Shown here: positions 56,629 to 64,000 of the stretch, piece after piece | Numbering within the stretch: position 1 is the stretch's first letter | Layout of the letters: every line of letters starts with the position of its first letter | Origin: Podarcis cretensis | Lineage: Eukaryota | NCBI GenBank assembly: GCA_951804945.1 | Contig: OX638158.1 | Coordinates: 35,216,001 to 35,280,000 of the forward strand | DNA length: 64,000 nt | Reading direction: 5' to 3' | Position numbers and translations under genes: made by a program | The notes under the pieces: model-generated | What the model was told of the DNA's origin: nothing | The model's input: only the letters and a program-made list of their open reading frames with translations | The model's database searches: none

Positions 56629-58839
56629 ATCTGAGCAGATTCTAATAAAAACATGATGTGCCATTTCTGAGCAAAATAGATCAAAACAGAAGAAACCACT
56701 CATACATCCAGGTCCTAAGCATTTTTTTAGACTCAGTACAAGCTTGAAGCACAGTCCCCATTCCCCACACATAGTACTATCTCATCTCAGACATGCAATG
56801 CATGAGTCATGAAAGAAAATGTTCTAATTTCATTCTAAATTTACTTTTTCTACATTTTTAAAATTACGTGGGACTTTTCTGTCATCAGAGCTCAAGCATG
56901 GTATCTGCCCCATCTCTGGGTCCTGGTACAATGCATCCTTCTCAGCCATCCACTTAGGTTGAGCATTGGAAACATCTAGCTACAAAAGCAACGTATAGTA
57001 GAACGTTGGAATTCTATTCACTCACAGCTCAGTTTATACCCTCTCCAGTATGTCATCTACTTCTGTAGAATGGGGATACATTACCATTCACTTGCTTTCT
57101 GAACATCAGGCACAGCAGAAGAGACTCCAGATACTAGATAACCATCATATGCGCTCTCAGAAAGAAAAGGAGCTGCTGCTAGCCTATATCAACTTAAGCT
57201 TAGCAGCTACAGCTATCTTTTTGAGTAAGTCATTTGTCATTTGCTTCAACAGCAACACCTTGTTTTACTATGGTATAATCAGTTATTGCTTTGGAAAACA
57301 TTTTTAAGAAAGAAAAAGAGAAAAAGACATCTGCTAAACAGAACAGGTTGATGTGGGGTAGCAATACTTTTCGTTTGAGAAACCCTATGGTATGCCATTC
57401 GTTGATGTTCCTCATCCCTACTTTCTGTTCAGGTGCTGTTAGATGGTAATCCTGATTCCTTTTTAGGATTTAAAACTAGCAGAGGGCAACCCTCACCAAT
57501 GCTGAACTAAACCTGAAAAAAATGCAACAAATAGGGAAGAGTACAATATTAAAGCTGAAAGTTCTGTATAGAATGCTTTATCTTGAGGTTTGTCAGGGCA
57601 GGGACAAAAGGCATATAAAAAACAAGGCTATTTGGGGAGAAATGAATATTTTCAAAGTGTTTTGTTGGGGGCTTACCATTGGTGGAATCTGAGACAGACT
57701 TTTTTTTAAAAAAAAAATCCTGCTAGAAACAGTTTCATTGTAACTGAAGCTACATTACGCTGAATCAGACTACAGATCTCCCTTACTCAGTATTGTCTAC
57801 TAGGGCTGTGCAACTGCTTCATCAGAATCCTGAGGTGACTGTGTTCAGACCCAAGTGGGGCCTGCTTAAAGTGATCCAAAATAAATACCCCCCCCACCAA
57901 AGCTCTTTGGAGATTGTTTTTTGTTTTTTTAAAGTCAGCCCATCTCTAAAACGATAGAAAAAAATATGAACAACATAATGTAAGTGCCAGGATGGGGAAG
58001 AGGAAGGAAGGAAAGGAACTGGATCTTGATCACTGGGAGTTAGAATCTCACCCAACACACTCCAATCACAGTGCTTGGAGGGATGGATATAGCGTACTGG
58101 TAAGGTAATGGCTCGCCTCTCCAAAAGGGTATGGAAGAATATGATGCTAATAACCAATACCAAGATGATGGTCTACCTACCAAGCTTGCATGATGGGCAC
58201 GCTGCTTTACGGTAGTGATACGTAGGCAACTTAAAAGATCTAGGAATGTTTTAGACGTTATTAACTAGGAAGGCTAAACCTTTACAGATTAAAACAAAGG
58301 AAAGATTAGGGGAAATTAAGAAGAATGTTATAATAAATTTGATTTTAAAGGTTGTGTTAAATATTTAAAGATGTACTAAAATCTGACCCCACTGCAATAG
58401 CCTGCGATATACATAATGCAAGTTCCACTCTCCAGCATAATGACTCTACAGAGTGAAGCAAGAGATATAATTCAATTCAGAGAATTAATTAAAAATATTA
58501 AGTTTCTTCCCTTTGAGGAGCCAATAAAAATGAAACGGAAGTACATAAGCCACCATACTACACAGATGTAGATAATTATTTATATTATTACTGGTTGAGG
58601 AGAAACCACCTGCAGCAGAATAGCTATTTTTTTTATTAAAATAACTCCTCCTCTAATACTCACCAGGTTGGTGGACTTGGCTGTAGTAGTGGAAGTGCCC
58701 TGCGAACTTGCACCTCTTAAAAAGGACTGGGGAGGGGAACCAGGCAACCCGTATTTTAGAAATCTCTGGATTCCATAATATTCCCACCGTGGATTCAAAG
58801 GTGCCATTTTCGTAACAGCCCTACCCAGTGGGTTTAGAG

Positions 58840-59640
58840 ACGCAAATCTGCTTTGATTAGCGGGTGAGGTGTGCGGTGTGAGGACACCCTTTTAAAAAGT
58901 GTGGGCGCACCGACAGCAAACGGGAATACCGTGATTGCTGCTCCTGGAATGCTCTCTATGGGTCGCCTCCGCTCTGGAGAACCCCAAGTTCCCCCATATA
59001 TATCTCCCCTCCCTTTCCCAGCTGCCCTTCTCCCAATGGGCAATCCTGGCCTGCCTCGTCACTCCCGTCGCAATGTGGGGGGGGGGGGGAGAGGAAGCGG
59101 GCGGCCCAGATTCCTCCTTCGAAATGTTGTTTTCCTACTTCTATTTCCCCACCCTGACGGGACTACACCGCGGTCTCACCCCACCACCTCACCCTCCCAG
59201 CTCCTCCCTTTTCCACTCCCTCCCTAACGCTATTCCTGCGTGAGGGTGGGTGAGCGCGCGCGCGCGCAGCTCCTCGTCCCCCCCCCCTTTTTCGGGCAGC
59301 CGTTATCGTTCGAGTCGCGCGCGCGTATGTATATGTGTGCGCGCGCGACACCGCAGTGGAGCGCGAGACGAGCTCCTGTTACAGTTGCTGCCGCTATTTG
59401 GGCGGGCTGGACAGCTGAGGGAGGGGAGCAGAATCCCTCAACGCAGCGGGAGCCGGAGCAAGGGCACGCGACCGGGAGCCAGATAGGGGAGGGAGGGGGG
59501 GGAGACCCACATAGTCTGCCAGCCATTCAGAAGCGGAGAACTCTTGTCTCCTCAGCAACGGGCCTGGGTGGCCAAGACTGCGTCTCCCCTTATTTCGCGC
59601 CCTGCTGGTCGTTAAGATCTCCCTCACTCTTCACCCGCTT
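58840..59640. promoter_or_regulatory. CpG island / ANKS1B promoter
   Basis: CpG-rich with (GC)n runs, ~400-1200 bp upstream of the ANKS1B ATG. Confidence 0.8.
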
Positions 59641-60031
59641 CAGCCTGGCACGAGAGCTCTGAGCACTCTCTCTCTCTCTCTCTCCCCGCTTCACCAAACT
59701 AGAATTTGGGCAGAGGGTGGGGGGAAGAGTCTTTCTTCCTCTGCGCCCCCCTCCTCCCTCTATTTTTCTTCCACACTCCACCCAGAAATGATCTGCTGAA
59801 AATAGGAGGTGATTTTTCCCCTCCCAACCACTGCTCCTGCTGCTCCTTTTTCTGCTGAGTTCTCGTGAAGCCTTCAGGAATATCCCTAAATCGCTCAGTC
59901 TGACAGGCAGGCGAGCAGGGAAATTATTATTTTTTTGTGGAGAGGGTCCATTTTTGGGTGGGGAGGCGGGGATAACTTACACGGCGTTTTGGGGGTGGTC
60001 TCGTGTGAAGGTTCTCTGATGATTCCCGACC

Positions 60032-60165
60032 ATGGGGAAGGACCAGGAACTGCTGGAAGCTGCTCGCACTGGGAATGTGGCTTTGGTGGAAAAACTCTTG
60101 GCTGGCAGGAAAGGAGGGCTCCTGGGCAGTGGATCTGGACCTATTCCTTTATCCAACTTGCTGAG
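60032..60165 (+). CDS. ANKS1B: ANKS1B (AIDA-1/EB-1) first coding exon; gene continues beyond window
   Basis: ACCATGG Kozak; [44 protein letters not shown]; donor AG|GTAGGG. Confidence 0.96.
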
Positions 60166-60203
60166 GTAGGGATATGGTTTCCCAGCAGGTACTGGGCATA
60201 GTA

Positions 60204-60270
60204 ACCTCCTCCTCCTCCTCCTCCCCTTCATCATCATCATCATCATCACCATCACCACAACCACCGCCAC
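60204..60270. repeat. Compound (CCT)n/(CAT)n/(CAC)n trinucleotide repeat
   Basis: Direct. Confidence 0.9.
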
Positions 60271-62747
60271 CCTCATTCTTGCTGTATTATAGTAACTATA
60301 AAATATGTCTTTCTTCTGAGTATGTACAGCTGAGGGAGAGGTGTGTGTCCTATATGAGTTTAAAAGCAACTGGCCATGATGTTATTGACATACAGTAGTA
60401 ACATTCGCATTTATTTCCTTCAGTGAATCGGTAGGAACTTGCATTGGCTTCATTACTTGTACTGGGGCAGAACTTTGGAATATATTGGACAACTTGATGT
60501 GTACATGCACATTATTTCTCTCAGGTTTTCTTTTTTCATCTGGATAATAAAAAATTAGTTCATTTGGTAATTAAAGGCATACTTGCATATTTGTAACTAT
60601 ATAGCAAATAGCCTTCCTCCATTGCCTTATGCTTACTGCCCTCATTTGCAACAGAAATTAGCCATGTGTCTCATTAATAGGACTATACTGTTAAGAAATT
60701 TGAACTTCCTGGTGAGAGGTCAGCTACAAGCAATAGGTGCAAAATGTATGCAGTCAGTGATTAACATTTTCAGAACTATATGAGACTAGGTTATTAGGCA
60801 TTTCCAGGTGGAAGGGGCCAACTTCTAATCCTGAAAGAGCTTATACAATGTGTGGGATAGCATTTAATGTAAAGCATGAATGGTACAGTATCAGTACAGT
60901 ATCTGCAGGTGAGAAGAACATATATTTTTTTACAGGTATTTGACTTTAGTGAAATAAAAGAAGGTCTGCAGCACACAGTTCTCTGTTACGGCAGACACAA
61001 GTGCAGCAAGGGAAAATGAATTGGCATGCTATTGACCTAAAACTTGAACTAATCATTAAATGTGTTCCACTGCAAGAACAGAAGCAGGCCTGAAGTAATG
61101 AAAATTGTTTCAGTGACAAGCAAAAAAAGGTCATGTAGTTTCCAGGATTCTCCATAGTAACACGTTTAATATTTTGTCAGGCTTCCACATTATCTTTTTG
61201 CAAATGTAGTTGTTTTAAAGGTTATTAATTTTCACCCACTTATTTCTTATTTTTATATTTTGCAATGGTTCAATAAGAACAACATTTTTGTTAGTGTATT
61301 GGTTGGCATAGTGAATATATGGTATTGTTTTTAGTAGTATAATTATATAACTTGGGTCAAAAAGGAAATGTCAGTTAATTTGATGAATTTTAATGTAAGC
61401 ATCATTAATTAAACATGATTTAAAAAACTACAACCCTACACATACCAGAAATTCACTTTGATGCAATTAACATCCACCTCTACTGTAATCAGTCTGTACA
61501 GTTCTTAAATGTTTACTTTCTTTGGATTCCTTTTAATAGAGCAGTGTATTCCTATATACATCTCTTTGAGAGAATCTGATGGCTCATTTTTAAAAATAGG
61601 GAATAGATTGAAGAGATGCATTTGTAATGTGGCTTGAAGACTACAATGGTGGGTATTATAGAAAACTGTTGATTACTAAAAGTAGAAAGTTACATTAAGT
61701 GCTATCTGGCACTATTTTTAATAGAAAGCATATTAGTTTTGTAACGCATTACAGTTGCATATTGGTGCACTTTCCTTCTCACTTAGCCCTGCTTTTGGAA
61801 CCTTTTTAAAACAAGACAATCCATATATGACAAGTGTCATTCAGGTTACTCAACAAAGCTAAATTTAAGGCCCTATCTTCCACAAGTACAAAATGTACAT
61901 ATTTATCAGTAAGGCTGGAAAAATATTTCTTATTTTTAAAAGTCAGTTAACATCCAGGGTTGTAGTCTACTAAGTTATAGAGCAGGGTCACTGAAATCAA
62001 TTTGTCCATTGATTTCATTAGGTCTACCCCGACTTAATTAGATGCAGCACTAAACATTTGCGTGGCAGTGTAGAAAACAGATAAAGGCACCACCATCACA
62101 TCAAGTACCTCTTGAGCTTCTTTTGATAACTTTGTTGATAACATAATAAATGATCAGATACATAAATATACATCCTATTGCCCTGATACTGCATTAAATT
62201 GCTGTTGGATTTAATAGTTTCTTATGTTCCTAGACTTAACAGTATCACTGACATCATAGTCACTTATCTTGTCTGTTTTTCAAGATCAAATGCTGGTGGA
62301 AATTGTGAATCCACTCACAGATGTAGTTTTCTCTGTACAATTCCAGTATTAATTAAAACTTCACTTGTGAAAACTGATGGACTCTCAAACTGGAATGCTT
62401 ACTACAGTGAGATGAACAAAGTTTGCAGCTGTGTGTTTGGATATTGGCATATACAAGTGGGAATGTTTTGGTATCATGACCCATTAGGAGAAGGGTCATT
62501 CACAGTAACCCTGAACTTGTGTGGTCCTGTACATATAAAGCTTGGAAGTGAAACAGGCCATTCAGAAATAAGCCAGAAGCTTTTGCATTCTAAGGTGGAA
62601 TCTAGGTATACAAAATTAGTTTAGTTTGTATCTTAATAATTGTCAAATATATACCTACAAGCTTGTTGGGGCAGAGGTGGATTTAAGAGAGAGTGATTGG
62701 TTTGCCTGCACTGAGCCCTGAGCTGAGAAGGTGCTGCAGCAATAACT

Positions 62748-63064
62748 TAGACCATCCAAGTATCTCTATTTTCCAGGGATGTTCCTGATTTAGAGAAGCC
62801 ATCCCAGTTTCTGATTTGATCCCAAAATGTCCTGCTTTTCCTTAGGACGTCCCTATTTTCATTGGTTAAATGTTAGAGGGTATGGAGTTATTCGACTCGT
62901 GAGCTGTCTGAAAGCAATCCTGTATAGGGAAGTTTTGCTTAATGTTTAATGTTTTATTATGTTTTTATATATATTGGAAGCTGCCCAGCGGTGGCTGAGG
63001 CAACCCAGTAAGATGTGTGGAATGAGATGTCCCTATTTTCATCGGAGAAATGTTGGAGGGTATG
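62748..63064. mobile_element. Non-autonomous hAT-like element with duplicated right end and captured L2-like 3' segment
   Basis: Left end TAGACCATCCAA vs two right ends TTAGAGGGTATG (62884) and TTGGAGGGTATG (63064); between them a segment similar to the L2 tail at 13245-13320. Confidence 0.6.
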
Positions 63065-64000
63065 GAATAGAAGGCAAGAGGCCAGGTTGAAATTACCAGG
63101 GCCTTGCAATCTAGAAGGGGTCCCAGGGCCTGACTATCTTGCATTTGTTTTATGTAATTTCTAATAAAATAAATATTTCATATTCAGTGCACACACAATT
63201 CTAAATAACCAGCTTACAAATTTGTGCTGTAAACATTTGCGACTCTATATGAACATTTGCTTCTGTGGTTTGACAGTATGACAGTGCAGTCTCATCTTAT
63301 TACACGAAGTCACATTTGTATGTTTTTTTAAGTGAACACTGCAAATACAACAAAGTTGTTGTGTGATACACATTGTGTTGTGTTACACATACAAGTAACA
63401 TTTAAAGTACTGTATAGTTAATTGAGCAATTATTATATGAGTGCTTATTGATATTAGTCATTAGGATCTTAACATTCTCAATAGGTACACATATTATATT
63501 TATTATTAAACTAAAAATGAGACCACACATTTATTTTAAATCCCATGTAAATATTTTTAGCTGGCTTGCCCTTGCTGAAGGGCACAATTTTTTTTTCCAT
63601 TGGGGCTCGAACCTGCTTTCAGTGGCCCTGGGAAGAGAAAGGTATATAAAAAAGAGAGAGGGAGAGAGAGAGTGGCAGAAAGAGGAGGTCTCACCTTGTG
63701 ATACTTTTAATCCCTATCATTGCAGTACTGAATTTTCAAATATGAAAAAGGGATATAGCTATAGCTAGGTTAGCTGTACACCTTTAAACTCTACAAGTTT
63801 GGATTAATGGGAAACCTGTGTTGTTGTTGTTGCCCACACCTCCCAGTTGGAGAAGTCTTGATGTTTGCTCTACACTTCTTTGAGAGTTCAAGAATACAGC
63901 AAACCACTGATGTTTTAAAGCAGACTGTGGAAGTGGAGCAATGAACTGTCAAGTGAGTCATCAGCCCAGCCTGTGTATCTGACTTTCTATTTGGTCATCA

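Noticed and set aside
58160-58545. Possible L1-derived fragment upstream of ANKS1B
   Set aside because: A-rich and suggestive, but no ORF motif, tail or TSD that can be supported by eye
62199-62624. 141-aa ORF in ANKS1B intron 1 as exon 2
   Set aside because: Does not encode the expected IWRGPNVNC ankyrin-repeat sequence

Overview
Vertebrate (squamate, most likely lacertid lizard, judged from a full-length Sauria SINE and typical squamate repeats) genomic DNA syntenic with human 12q23.1. Gene order: 5' end of SCYL2 (minus; non-coding exon 1 and coding exon 2), complete ACTR6 (minus; 11 exons, 1191 nt CDS, 396 aa), complete BLTP3B/UHRF1BP1L (plus; 21 exons, 4338 nt CDS, 1445 aa), and coding exon 1 of ANKS1B (plus). 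All exon boundaries were read by hand with GT/AG signals and consistent phases. Highlights: (1) DEPDC4, expected between SCYL2 and ACTR6, is absent as an intact gene, but the ~2 kb gap has several weak DEPDC4/DEPDC7-like peptide relics in the right order and strand; (2) a Penelope-like terminal fragment in BLTP3B intron 13 carries a minimal type I hammerhead ribozyme fold, with a second decayed copy back-to-back; (3) a non-autonomous element shares its 3' tail with an RTE LINE in the same window; (4) nested insertions (L2 in the RTE-tail element; L1-like in Rex1/Babar next to the last BLTP3B exon); many Tc1/mariner- and hAT-type MITEs. Repeat-family and orthologue comparisons are from memory, not database searches.
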